Assembly: GCA_023515725.1 (NCBI GenBank)
Contig: JALDTO010000155.1
Coordinates: 903,147 to 967,146, forward strand
Length of the DNA: 64,000 bases
Reading direction: 5' to 3'
From: Amoeboaphelidium protococcarum X5
Lineage: Eukaryota; Fungi; Aphelidiomycota
In this document: in pieces, positions 38,507 through 52,108 of the stretch
Layout: each line of letters starts with the position of its first letter
How positions within the stretch are numbered: the first letter of the stretch is position 1
Notes under the pieces: generated by a model
The model's database searches: none
Seen by the model: only the letters and a program-made list of their open reading frames with translations
Told to the model about the DNA's origin: nothing
Position numbers and translations under genes: made by a program

Positions 38507-41357
38507 TCACCTTTTGACATTCCAGGGATCACGACGCGTTATCATGTTGTACATTATTACGGCGAATGCATACATATCACCGGCTCTCAATATGAATGGT
38601 CTTGATTCCCTCATTCCACGTCTAAAGTTGTATAAATTCTCCGGTGCTGCGTACATTAACGACAAACCTCTCGAATTACTCACTTTAAATGCTTCAACCT
38701 TCAGATGGGTGTTATCAGATATGTACGATATTCCAAAGTCTGAGAGGATCGGCACTAAAGACACACCATCCACAGAATCCAGCAGTACATTTAATGGCTT
38801 CAAGTCGCAATGAACGATTTGATTGTCGTGGATAACCTGTAAAGTATACGCCAGAATCCTCATTAAAGTAACAGTTTGACTGTCTGAGTAAGCGAATTGC
38901 TCAGCCGCAATACCTTATCCCTTGACAAAATCTGACAACATACCCAACGGATAGTATTTCATCAGCATGACAGCCTACACCGCGTCACTATAACCGTACA
39001 GCTTGGTTATATATGGCACATCGCGGAACTTCCACAAAAGACTCAATTCTTAGTAGAAGGATTACTATTGATTCTGCGGCATCTAATGAAATAACTGCTT
39101 GCTCTCCTTAGCAATCAACTGATTATCTTGAACAGCCTCTTATAATTGACTATTGATGACATGAGCCGTAAAAATCTTTGACGTTCCTCCAACGGCAATA
39201 AGATCCAAGATTTAATAGTCAATGCCGTAATCATACTTGAGGAATGCAGGAATGTAAAGAGCATAGTTAGTCTACATAATTGTAGTTGACTAATTGGTCT
39301 GCATCGATGACGCTACTCCCTAGTCTGTGGGCAGAGCTGTAGTCACCAAATCACCTTTTGCATACAAGCCTTACACCTTTCGAGCAAAAGTTGTCCTTGA
39401 TTGCCTTCTTCTAATGGCTATAAATAATCCGATAGAAATGATCAAGATGACTACAATAGCTGCCAAAATTGCAGCAAGCTGAGTGAGACCAGATGTGTCA
39501 CTTTGTGGCTACTCATTGGGTTACAAATTATCGTCCACAGGCTATACAGTACTTGCAGTGGAACTACCTTTTGCCTGACTAGCCAAAGCAAATGACACAT
39601 GACATTCTTCACAAAAACTAGAAGTAATCTGCAGCGATTAAGAGATAACAAGGCTTGACGACATTGCGGTGACTGTAGTTCTTTCCAATATGGACGTATT
39701 CAGAGCAGATGTAGAGGTAACAAATTACAATGTAACGGTCACCATATCTGATGAGGATAATTAACAGCATGTAGAAGAGTTAACTGGGGAAGTGAAGGCA
39801 GAAGTAACAGTGGTAGCATTAGACTAAAAAGACGAGACAGAGGATTCAGCAGCGTATTGAGAGCTTGTATTCTGGGCCAAAGTAAGCGTAGACATTGTAT
39901 TTATACTTATGACACTGGAAGTGACTTCAATTGAAGTGAGAGTGGAGGAAGTAGTAGTGGCTCGAGTAGAAGTAGCTGCAGATGATGAAGTAATCGTCGT
40001 CGTAGTAGTAGTCATTGTTGTAATCTTTGTCGTGATGGACGTTGACGTAGTCATTGCTACTGTTGTTTTAGTAGTTGTAGTAGCCGGCTTGGAAGTCGTC
40101 TAAATTATAGTAGTTGTGGTAGTAGTCGGCTAGGGAACAGGGATGGTAGACCACATAAATTAATCATACACTACCACACTTCCCTACGTGCCATACATCG
40201 CGGCAATGTGAAGTTGACCATATTAGTCAAATGTCATTGCCAGGCCTTCTTCATCCTACGTACCTGCTCGACGAAAAGTGCTTGCAGTTATCAAGCTCAG
40301 AGTATTAGGATCAATCTACAAGAGAATCCCCTCTTTTCCGCCATTATAAACAACACCTTCAACAGGACCAGAGATTTAGCCAGTTGCGATAAGATTGCCG
40401 GTCTAAGGATCTACAACGATACTCTCAAGCTGGTCATTCTACAATGAGCCATACACAAAGCTCATTGTATATTTTTAGTATTACATACCCCAAAACAAAG
40501 TCACCCAGCAATCAGTACCACCAGAAGATGACTGACCATCTATCGTACCTTGAACTGAGCCAGCAGCAAATATTTTACTACCTATTCGGACTGCAGATTT
40601 CAATACGCCTCGACCTCCTTAAGGCATTAATACACTCTGGATAAGTTTATCATAGCCAGAACTAGTGTACAAAGTTGCAATAAAGCCTAAATTTCCAGAC
40701 ATTTACCCAAGACCATGTACATTGTCACCTAAACCAATTACTATAACGTTAAGTTCACAGCCCTGAGAGGTAACAGGGAATCTGCTTTGTCCACAACAAG
40801 GTACCATCATTGACACTAAACTGAGACATGAAGCATTCAGAGTAGGACTTCTTGGATGTTTTAGAAAGATCATTCAAATCACCAAAAGTGTAGCCAGCCA
40901 CGTAGACCACTCCCAAAATGGGATCAACTTTAACGTCATTGACAATTTCATCTTACACAGTACCAAATATACGAGTCCATAACATTGCACCAGCTGGAGT
41001 ATATTTAATCAGCACAACATCTAATCTACCTATTGTGGCTTATCCATGGAACCCAGAAGATGTCTCTGCTACAGCGTATATATGAGCAGTGTCTTGATCG
41101 ATACTCAACGCTTTAATCTTATTACCTTGACCTGGACCAAACTCGATGGTGCGCGATACGACTTTATTTTCGGGTGAGAATCTCACCAGCTGATAGTAAT
41201 TGTCATTCATACAGCCAACCCATACGTAACCACCTGGACCTGTGGCTATACTTGTACTTGCATCCCAGATAGAGTAAACGGAAAAAGCTGCTTTGACGAT
41301 CTCCAGTATCGCTAATGTAATCAGACACCAACACAACCATTATCTATTCGGCGCCAT
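38507..41357 (-). pseudogene. Receptor-like kinase paralog A (signal peptide, SBBP-like beta-propeller, Thr/Ser stalk, TM, non-RD TKL kinase) with a 1-nt frameshift near 40780
   Basis: Colinear with paralog B. The N-terminal frame stops at TGA ~40756 while homology continues in the adjacent frame. Kinase motifs AVGGTSKIF, LIAK, HCDLKPLN, DFG and YAAPE. Could be an assembly error rather than a true pseudogene. Confidence 0.7.
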
Positions 41358-41712
41358 TTCAATGCAATTAAGATGTATCAATAGTCTCATTTATTTAAAG
41401 GGAAGACAGAATTCGAGATTGTCCTCTATCGTGATTGTGATATAAATAGGGTTTTAAATGGGATAGCATCATTCCAATCAATAATCGTAGTTAACTGTGT
41501 GGTCCAAGAAGGATATCAAAACGATTTAAGTTGATATTTATCAAGAAAATGACGGTATAATTACTTTGCCTTAACTAACAGACGCGAATCCATCATAGAG
41601 CATCTGCTAAATCAAGTAAGAGAATAATGCTTATGGAAAATGCTATGCGCTACATGGCAATCCTAATTCATGAAAAATTATATTACTATCATTATCATAG
41701 ATTTCAACTAGT

Positions 41713-44709
41713 TCAGTAAATTAGACTCCAAGGCTCATAGCGAGTAATCATGTTGTACATAATGATGGAGAACGCGTAGACGTCGCCAGCCTTCAGCATT
41801 TCAGGTCTACCTTCTGGCGTGCGATTCCTGAAGTCAAACATAACTTCTGGTGCGGCGTACAACAGCGACAATCCTCTCATCTTGCTCACCTAGAAAGCCT
41901 GGACTTGCAGAGAGGCAGCGTTATCAGTTATATGAGAGATACCAAAGTCTGACAGAACTGGCACCAACGTCTGACCATCCCAAGAATCAAGTAACACATT
42001 CTAAGGCTTCAAATCACAGTGAATGATTTGAGACTTGTGAATAAAGGCAAGAGTCTGTGCAAGCAGCTTCATTAACAACAATGTCTATCTTTTAGAGTAT
42101 CGGAACTGCAGAAGGGCATTGCCACGACTTTCAACAAAATCCGAGAGTGCACCCAATGGATAGTACTTCATCAGCATGACGGCCTGTAATTGGTCACTGT
42201 AACCATACAATTTAGTTATATAGGGAACATCACGAAACTTCCACAATAGACTCAGCTCCTGATAGAATGAATCGGTCTGCTTCTAACTCATTTCACTTAT
42301 AACTGTGTTACTCACCTTGGCAATAACAGGGCTGCCCTGCACTAACTCTGCCAACTTGGGATTAATAGTATTGGCAAAATAGATTTTAGACGTTCCACCA
42401 GTAGCGACTAGATTGAGCACCTGGTAATCCATTCCAAAATCGAATTTCAAGAATGCTGGAATGTATATAGCATAACTGGTGCTCATCATAGTAGTCTGGC
42501 CTTGCGTTTGCAATACAGTATGATGACCTATTGAAGACAATGAATACTAGGTAGAAGCCTGCGTGGATGTTACACTTCCCTGAAGAAGCTTACTAGTAAC
42601 TTGTCTAGCTTTGCGCTTTCTAATTGCAATCACCAAGCATAAAGACATAATGAGAATCACCACAATTGCTGCTACGACGGCTATTATTTGAACCATACCA
42701 GTTGTTGCCGCTTAAGGTTAATCTTGAGGCAGTGCAGAGTTATCATTCTTAACAAGAGTTGTTATACTCTCAGATGCAGTGAGCTAGGATACATTAGTTA
42801 CACCAAATTCCCACCTTGATGTAATAGTGGACTATGACAAGCTTACATGTGAGGACAGTGTTTAAATAGACTGCATTAAAGGAGTAGTAAGGAGAACAGT
42901 TGCCTATGCTTGAGACGAAAATGTAGCAGTTGACTAAATAACACTTGATAAAGACGTACCAGTCACATGTTCCCCATCATTCGAGGTAGTACGCAATACT
43001 ACTGATGATGTTGTTACAGTAGAAAATGATGTGGCAGTAGCGGCAGTAGAAGCAGTACTAGACGATGATATCATTTATGCAGTGGCTATAGTGGTAGATG
43101 GAGTAGTTGATGCTTTTGAGGTAGTGGAGGTAGTAGTAATCGTTGTGGTAGTCGGAGTTGTACTTGTAGTGGTAGTAGATGTCGTCGTACTAGTAGTAGA
43201 GGTTGTGCTGGTGCTGGTGGTGGTTGTAGTCGTTGTCTAAGTTGTTGACGTGGTAGTAGTCGTAGGTGTAGTTTTAGGAGTCGTGGTTGTAGTAGTAATC
43301 GTCGTTTTAGGAGTAGTGGTTGTTGTAGTTGTAGTGGTGGTGGTGGTTGTAGTAGTAGTCGTTGTTGTTGTTGTTGTAGTAGTCGTTGTTGTTGTTGTAG
43401 TTGTAGTTGTAGTAGTTGTCTTTGGGGTCGTTGTGGTGGTTGTAGTCCTTGGTGTCGTAGTGGTAGTAGTTGTACTAGTCGTTGGGAAAGGTACTACAGA
43501 CCAAGCATATGCATCCTGTACCAACAGTTTACCAGCAGAACCGTACATTGCAGCAATGTTAATCTGGCCATAACTGTCAAATATTAAGGACAGGCCCTGT
43601 TCGTTGTTAGATCCAGCAGTGTTGAATGTCTCTGCAGACACAAGATCGAGAGTGGTTGGATTAATGTTCAGCAAGACGCCATCCTTCAGTCCTTAGTAAG
43701 TGCCAGATCCAATAGAGCCAGATATCCAACCAGTCGCCCATAGACTACCAGTCTGTGGATTCATAACGATATCTTCAATCTGATCATTCGACGAAGAGCC
43801 AAATACAAAGCCATCCGAGCTACGACTCAAAAACTAGGTTGAGTATTAGGCAACCCAACAGTCAGTGCCACTACCTGATGAACTGACACTACCTACAGAT
43901 CCATCCAATGCACCTGCAGCGAAAATCTTTGATCCTGTAGAGTCAAACACAGCCGAAGTGAACATGGCATAACCACCATGCACAATCACATGGTTGTAAG
44001 CCTTTTTATTACCGCTGGAGGCATAGAAAGACATAATCATACCCTTCTCGCCGTACACTTGTCCCACTGCGTAAATATCTGAGCTTTTTAAAGGATCCAC
44101 CAATAACGCATTAAGAATGCACCCATTTAGATAATGTTCCTACTCCGTCCAAACGTGAACACCATCCGAAGCTCTAAACTTCGATACATAACACTCGGGG
44201 TGGTGAGTTGCAAGAGTGTACGAAGGATTGTTCACCTTACCATTAGTTGCTCCACCCACGTAGACATAGCCATTGGTGGAGTCAACTTTAACATCACTCA
44301 CAGAATCATCTTTGACAGAACCAAATATACGCGTCCATTACACAGTGCCAGCAGAGTTATACTTGATCAACACAATATCTATGCCACCAACCATAGATTG
44401 ACCGTTAAACCCAGAAGATGTCTCGGCAACCGCATAGATGTCAGCAGTGTCTTGATCGATATTTATCGCCTTTACGCGATAACTATTACCAGGGCCAAAG
44501 TCAATAGATTAAACAATCTTTCGCTGAGTGGGAGAGAATCTCACCAATTGATAATAACCAGCATCCATACAACCAAGCCATATCTGACCATCAGGTCCCT
44601 TATCAATGCTTGACACAGAGTCACAGATAGGATAGTTGTACAGAGTGGCTGTTATCTCAGATAATGCAGACAGAAATAAGAGAGCAGAGTATACCAGATT
44701 CTAGAGCAT
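41713..44709 (-). CDS. Receptor-like kinase paralog B (998 aa): signal peptide, SBBP-like beta-propeller, poly-Thr mucin stalk, TM, non-RD TKL kinase
   Basis: One frame from ATG 44709 to TGA 41713. Propeller blade DIVLIKYNSAGTVQWTRIFGSVKDDSVSDVKVDSTNGYVYVGG. TM IIAVVAAIVVILIMSLCLVIAI. Kinase motifs ATGGTSKIY, VIAK, HCDLKPQN, DFG and YAAPE. Confidence 0.88.
43120..43480 (-). repeat. ACN codon repeat encoding the poly-Thr mucin-like stalk
   Basis: Runs of gtt/gta/gtg/gtc on the + strand. The poly-Val ORFs on + are antisense shadows. Confidence 0.9.
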
Positions 44710-45238
44710 TATGGAATAGCGAAGATGTGTACGAATGTGCCAGATGTAAAGCTATAGAATGTGAAGATTGTAAATGTCACCAAGTGGAAGACGGATGGAG
44801 GGGGAGGAGATATAACTGCCAAAATACGTAGTGTCTTCTAGATTGACATCGTGGAAGGGTCTAATTATAGCCATCAGAGAAACGCTTGCATACAGCCAAT
44901 CAACAGCTCCCATTGTAATTTACCCCCAAATACTTTGTCAAAACTCCATCCAACTGCACGGTATGTTATATGTTACTAGCAGACTTACATGCATTCATCA
45001 TTGTACTATTAATTCCCCAATAACTTCTTCGTTATTCAAGTTTTAAATCTTGATTGTTTCAACTCAATGAGATTCAAGAGCGGCTATAATCAAAGTACTG
45101 CAGATCAAGTGATCTAACCGTACAGTATTGTGATAGGCACACAGACAGAGTGAGAGTTAAAAGTTTTAATAGAAGTGATAAATTTAGTGCTATGAACAAT
45201 TTTTTATTTCCAGTCACGTTATAAAAAGAACTGAATAA

Positions 45239-46324
45239 TCATGACAATGAAGACTATATACCGGCAGCGATGTCTCTGCCAATCTGGAAAGTGGCAATAA
45301 GACTGCTCAGTTGCAATTTCTCACTGCAACCACTGCTTGATCTGAATTCGATATCTGCCAACTCCTTAATCAGGTACGTCTTCATCTTGGCCGGAAAATC
45401 AATATTAAGGGCGAATTAGAACACTTCAGTCACCAAATCAGCCAGTGCCAGTCCCCTTTCCACCTTCAGAGTGCTGATAAAGTCATATGCACCGGCAAAG
45501 TCCTTTTCTAATAGAGCGTGAACTATAGACTCAATATCTTTAGGTAGTGGTGCGCCAACACAAGAGTACACATTCTCTTCATTGACCAGATTGTACGCCG
45601 CATGTACCGATTGCATAATGTTCAGAGCGCGTCTCATATCTCCTTTAGCCAGGCGCATTAGTGCAGTCATACCATCATCCTTCATCACTATGCCCTCCTG
45701 CTGAACAATAAAATTTAAGCGATCCTGAATCTATTCACGTTTCAATGGAGCAAATCTGAACCTGGTGCATCTAGACTGAATAGCCGGTATAATCTTACTG
45801 ACATAGTTGCAAATGATGCAGAATCTAACATTACGAGTATACTTCTCCATAACACGTCTCAGTGCTGCTTACGCTGGCTGTGTCATTGAATCCGCCTCAT
45901 CCAGAATAATCAACTTGACTCCCTGATTAAAGATCTGCTTAGTACTAGCAAACGTGATAATCTACTCACGTACCACATCGATACCACGATCATCGCTGGC
46001 ATTCAACTCCAAGATCATCTTGCGATAGTCTTCGCCATACATCTTACGAGCACAAGCTAGCACTGTGGAAGTTTTACCAGTTCCCGGTGGACCATACAAT
46101 AGAAGATGGGGCAGCTGACCAGCGTCTATGAACTTGTTAATTGTAGAAATGATGTCCTGATGGGACACAAGATCCTTCAACTATTGAGGGCGATACTTTT
46201 CAATCCATGGTAGTGAGTCGGATGATGGCGGTGAATTTGCTGCAGGCTATTTTCCTTTCTCTCTCGCTGTAAACTGTCTCTATTACTGTTATTATTCAAC
46301 TTCCATTGCAGATTCCACAGTCAT
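45239..46324 (-). CDS. RFC3: Replication factor C small subunit (yeast RFC3 / human RFC5)
   Basis: [43 protein letters not shown] (Q = TAG), [17 protein letters not shown] (Q = TAA) and [11 protein letters not shown] at 45239-45241. Confidence 0.95.
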
Positions 46325-46557
46325 TCCACTTTACCTATTTATTACTTTAGCAATTGACCACCAACCAAGTTTTAACTATGTTAATGCAACAACGTAATAA
46401 CAGGAGTGTTTCGTTAATGGAAGGTGAAAAAGAATCGGCGCGGTCGCGTCAAGTGCGAAACTTCAAACGGGACTTTTTATCCAAATGATAAAGTGGTCAG
46501 TTGGTGAACAATGAATTTAGAGAAATGTATATATATTCACGCTTAAAATAATGACAT

Positions 46558-47460
<903 letters not shown>

Positions 47461-47642
47461 TTCACCTGATCTAAAAACGTCAATTCTTTCGTTTAGAGCG
47501 AAGAAGAAGAAGAAGTGCAACGATACTTGGAAAGTCCACCCACATGGTTGAAATGATGAAATAAATTACTCTAGATTATAATAAACACGTCTTAAATACA
47601 TTCTAAAACAATACAACATCACGTTACAGATTATACATGATA

Positions 47643-48140
47643 TCACCATGAGCTAAAGTCACTCAGTTTCTGAGAATTCTTCACCGTACCAACTCTAGAA
47701 TGATGTGATTTACTAACTTTTGCACTTCGTGATGACCGAGTCCCATTATTCTTCTCAGCAGTAATATCTTTTGACTTGGATTAATTGATACTTTGATTAT
47801 CCAGTTTCAAATACTTGCCAACTCCACCAGATGATGGCGGCTTTGAAACACGCGATGCTTCAGTTTTATTACCATCACCAACTGCGGGTTTAGGCAAAAC
47901 AAGAGCAGACTATTAATTAGACGCGTCACTCGATGAACGAGGATGTGAAACAGAATCAGTCGACTTTTCCAAATCCTTCAAAACTCTTTGAGCGAGAGCA
48001 TTGTGAACAATCCGACGAGACTACTGCGAGGCTGACTTTCCTACGCGCCCATCACTGCCGCCACTCACTCGATATCCTTTGAAATCTCTGCTCCATTCCT
48101 TCTACGATACAAACAATTTATCTCCTTTTCCTTTACCCAT
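47643..48140 (-). CDS. Miniature PPIL2/Cyp60-like protein lacking the U-box and cyclophilin domains (165 aa)
   Basis: Uninterrupted ORF. N-terminal MGKGKGDKLFVSQKEWSRDFKG and C-terminal GGVGKYL...LSDFSSW-TGA match the PPIL2 termini, and the middle is low complexity. Confidence 0.65.
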
Positions 48141-48304
48141 TTTATTTATGATTTCTATAAGGCACACTTATCTACAGAGATTAAAGATGAACAGTGATAT
48201 CCTTATGCAGTCAAATTTCTTTCTTTGCGACTTTTGATACAGCAGTGCTCTAGTATTAGAGGAACAAGAGTAACGCGAGTTCCTCAGGGCTTACAGCTGC
48301 GCAT

Positions 48305-48328
48305 AGAGAGCGAGAGAGAGAGAGAGCG
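48305..48328. promoter_or_regulatory. GA-repeat tract in the bidirectional promoter between the PPIL2-like gene and NDUFS2
   Basis: agagagcgagagagagagagagcg lies midway between divergent ATGs at 48140 and 48442. Confidence 0.35.
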
Positions 48329-48441
48329 AATGGAAAACTTTCTCGCCGATTTTTAGTTTTTCTGCCGTTGCGCTCTCCTTTTCGTCATTTAAACAGCAGA
48401 CGATCAAGCAACAACATTAACAGTAACTTGGAGGATAGAGT

Positions 48442-50154
48442 ATGTTAAAGTCGTGCAGTTTACTTAGAACTGGACAACACTCTCAATCGCTGTGGGTGAG
48501 GCCAGCTGTATACTTTAATATCAGTAATCCCCTAATTGTTAAAAGATGTGTATCCAGTGGTAAGGATAGAAGTATCGTGTCTGATTTCTCAAAGGTGGAC
48601 ACTAATAAGACAACGTTTGCCATCAAGTCTCCTGAGGATCGTGTGGTGCCTCCAGAGTCTAAGGAGCGAAAGTATGTCTGGAACGTGGATAAGGACAATA
48701 TTCACTTCAGATTTCAAAACTTGAAGAGAGCCGAGCTGACCAGATTATTTGATCTGCTGGACCAGAAGGGATTGATCAACAGACATTTGCCTGATGAGAT
48801 GAGCGGACCTGAGGCTGGACGTGCTGTTAGTGGTTCCTTTGGTAGCGATGCAGTTGAAGGAGAGTCTGGTGTGGATATGCAGCCTCATAACTATTTTCAG
48901 CGATTGGATTCTGAAGATTTGATCCAACTGTGGCCGTATGTCCTCCAGATCAAAGCTGAAGTGGCAGACAAGGCTGAGGAAGCGTCCAATCTTAAGCATT
49001 ATATCCTCAACTTTGGTCCTTAGCATCCGGCTGCGCATGGTGTATTGCGTCTGATTTTAGAGCTGAGTGGTGAGATTGTCATTAGAGCTGATCCTCACGT
49101 TGGTCTACTGCATAGAGGCACTGAGAAGTTGATCGAGTACAAGACGTACCTGCAGGCACTGCCGTACTTTGATCGTCTCGACTATGTCAGTATGATGGTC
49201 AATGAGCAGTGCTTCAGTCTGGCTGTGGAGAAGCTGCTCAACATTGATGTGCCGGATAGAGCCAAGTACATTAGAACCCTGTTCGCCGAGATTACGCGTG
49301 TTGGTAATCATATTATGGCTGTGACTACACATGCACTTGATATTGGTGCATTCACTCCGTTCCTGTGGATGTTTGAGGAGCGTGAGAAGTTGATGGAGTT
49401 TTATGAGCGTGTCAGCGGAGCTAGAATGCATGCAGCATACGTGCGTCCCGGTGGTGTTGCCCAGGATCTGCCTCTTGGTCTGTTGGATGATATCTACACT
49501 TGGTGTACTCAGTTTAGCAGTAGAGTTGATGAAGTTGAGGAGCTGCTTACGGCTAATCCCATCTGGCGAAGCAGATTGATCGGTATTGCGCCATTTAATA
49601 CAGAAATGGCCCTGGATTGGGGATTCAGTGGTCCGATGCTTCGTAGTACTGGTCTTGCTTGGGATCTGAGGAAGGTGTAGCCATATGATGCGTATGGTGA
49701 TATGGAGTTTGATGTTCCTGTTGGAAAGAACGGTGACAGTTATGACAGATACTTGATCAGAGTGGAGGAGATGCGTTAGTCCTTGCGCATTATCAAGCAG
49801 TGTCTGGATAAGATGCCTTCCGGTCCAGTCAAGGTGGAAGACATGAAAATCTCGCCACCACCAAGAAGTTATATGAAAGAGAGTATGGAGGGGTTGATCC
49901 ACCACTTCAAATTGTACTCTGAGGGATTCAGTGTGCCTGCTGGAGAGACTTACACTGCTGTTGAGGCTCCTAAAGGTGAATTTGGTGTCTATCTGATTAG
50001 TGATGGTAGCAGTAAGCCGTATAGGTGCAAGATTAGAGCACCTGGATTTGCTCACTTATCTGCCGCTGACTGGATGTGCAGATATCATCAGATTGCAGAC
50101 GTTGTCGCCATCATTGGTACTATGGACGTGGTATTTGGTGAGATTGACAGATGA
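48442..50154 (+). CDS. NDUFS2: NADH:ubiquinone oxidoreductase 49-kDa subunit, nucleus-encoded (570 aa)
   Basis: [16 protein letters not shown] (Q = TAG at 49021), [42 protein letters not shown] and [12 protein letters not shown]. Confidence 0.98.
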
Positions 50155-50260
50155 TTTCTGTAATTTGAAAGATTATATAATTATCCATTTACTAGTTGGC
50201 CTTATAATGGTTATACATTTGTTCATTAGGACATTACGTTAAATTATGATGATAAATCAC

Positions 50261-51202
50261 TCAGTATTCTACAAAGTTAACGTGACCAGTCGATTGGGCG
50301 TGAGATTAAGCATCAGATTCACCAACCAATGCTTTACCACAATTGCCACACTTTAAGGTGAAAGTTCGCGTGTTGGTGTACCTTCTCCCTTTACGCTCCT
50401 CCTCAGCAACTTTGATAGCCTCAACTAGTAATGCATCATCCTGAGCGGGGAATATAGTGACATCCAGCTGCTCATTCCCCGGCCAACCTTGCGCAATTGC
50501 ATCATAGTGAATACCGCTGTACAAGATAAAGACGCGCCGCTCATACCCAGAATCTTCACCAAATCGGTATGGAACACCAGTCTCCACATCTATTGACACA
50601 ATTTCAGTCTGGAAGTGCTTTGCAAATATTGACAATTCAATAGCACCACCCCAGCATTAAGGATCCATTATTCTACCAATATACGCCATTGGATCCATGC
50701 CTAGAAAGGTGGAGTTGTAGATTTGCGGATGATCAAGTACAGTATTAGCAATCAACTGTCTCAACTATGAAGCCTGCGATTTATCTTTATTCAATAGTAC
50801 GTAGCCAATAGAATTGAAAAGGCAAGAGTTATCATCAGCAATTGGTCTAATTCTAAGTTTATGACTGTTAGAGCTCTTGCTTACACCACCAGCACCACCA
50901 ATACTACTACCAACACCACTTAAAGTCTGCCCGCCAGATGACTGCGGGGTAGCATTACTGGTAGAATTAGACTTTCGCTCTAAAATCAAAGAGTCTCCAG
51001 ATTTAATAACACCAGCAATACTTTAATCACCTTCTATTTAAATCTAAGTAAACGGAGGTACAGCCATCTTTATCTTTTACTCTTCAACGGGAACACCAAA
51101 ATTCTGTAACAGCTCCTAACCCAACTCTGACATGGTGGACTACTGCGACAAACTCAAGATGACTTATTTCCCACTAGCATCCTTCACTCTCAATCTCATC
51201 AT
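50261..51202 (-). CDS. OTU1: Deubiquitinase OTU1/YOD1 (UBX-like, OTU, C2H2 zinc finger)
   Basis: MRLRVK ubiquitin-like N-terminus, IADDNSCLFNSI (catalytic Cys), WGGAIELSI, YSGIHYDA and LKCGNCGKALVGESDAQSHAQSTGHVNFVEY-TGA. Confidence 0.94.
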
Positions 51203-51318
51203 ATTTGCTTTATAATTAAAGAATATAAAAACTTGGTCTAAATGAACTTCAATTAAATCTTCAGAGCGATAATTTGACTTTATAAGCTTTCAAGGAGAGC
51301 GAAAGAGCTGAAAGAGAG

Positions 51319-51359
51319 TACGGAATCCGAGAGCCGCAAAAGCGCGTCGCTATTTAAAA
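51319..51359 (+). repeat. Left terminal inverted repeat
   Basis: tacggaatccgagagccgcaaaagcgcgtcgctatttaaaa. The core cgagagccgcaa recurs subterminally at 51408-51419. Confidence 0.88.
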
Positions 51360-52108
51360 AGCAGAAACGAATATTTGTTTCTTACAACTGTTTTTGTTTT
51401 TAATGTTCGAGAGCCGCAATCAGTGCCTCACATTAATACATAACGTTTTTGCACTTGTAATACGCGAATGCGACTTAACAAATTGATTAATTTTTGTGAT
51501 TACTTTCTTATTTATATCATGCTGCAAAATCAAATGTATTAGTCATGCACCGTGTGTGTGTTGCTTTACTTTAATGTGCAACTTGCGCAACTGCAGCAGT
51601 ATTGGTGTAAATATCTCAAGATTTTTAATATAGCAGTATTTGCTCCGCTTCTCTAGTAAAGAAATATATGCACCAAACCTCAAGCAAAAATTTGCAAACT
51701 GTTTGTGAGTAGTGGTTGCTCGATCTTTGTCACAACTGATTGCTTGATGCGTTAATCTCGAAACTGGCGCTTGCAATTTAACAGTAAGTAAGCGATTATT
51801 TGTGATAAATTGTTTTGATACTGAATGATACTTTATTATCTCTTACACACTATTCACTAAACTACTTTTTAACAACGTACAATCTTATTTGCGAGATAAG
51901 CATACAGGTATAAGCAATGCAGCATTGGGACGCCGTAGTGTTGTCATTACTTGCTGCGCCACCCCCCTTACGCCACTCTAAGATCTTACGCAATCATATT
52001 ATTAATAACAGCTCTCATAGTTCAGATAACTAAAACGCGACAAATATACGCAATCTCTTTAGTTGATATCTATATCCTAGTGTCTTTTGAATAGAATCAG
52101 TATCAAGC

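Noticed and set aside
49105-50055. 316-aa minus-strand ORF, and similarly 18816-19604 (-), 44134-44613 (+) and the poly-Val ORFs at 39909, 43031 and 43250
   Set aside because: These are antisense shadows of NDUFS2, DPM1 and the receptor kinases, with no independent motifs.
50261-51202. OTU1 as transposon cargo
   Set aside because: It lies outside the left TIR/TSD and has the canonical cellular OTU1 architecture.
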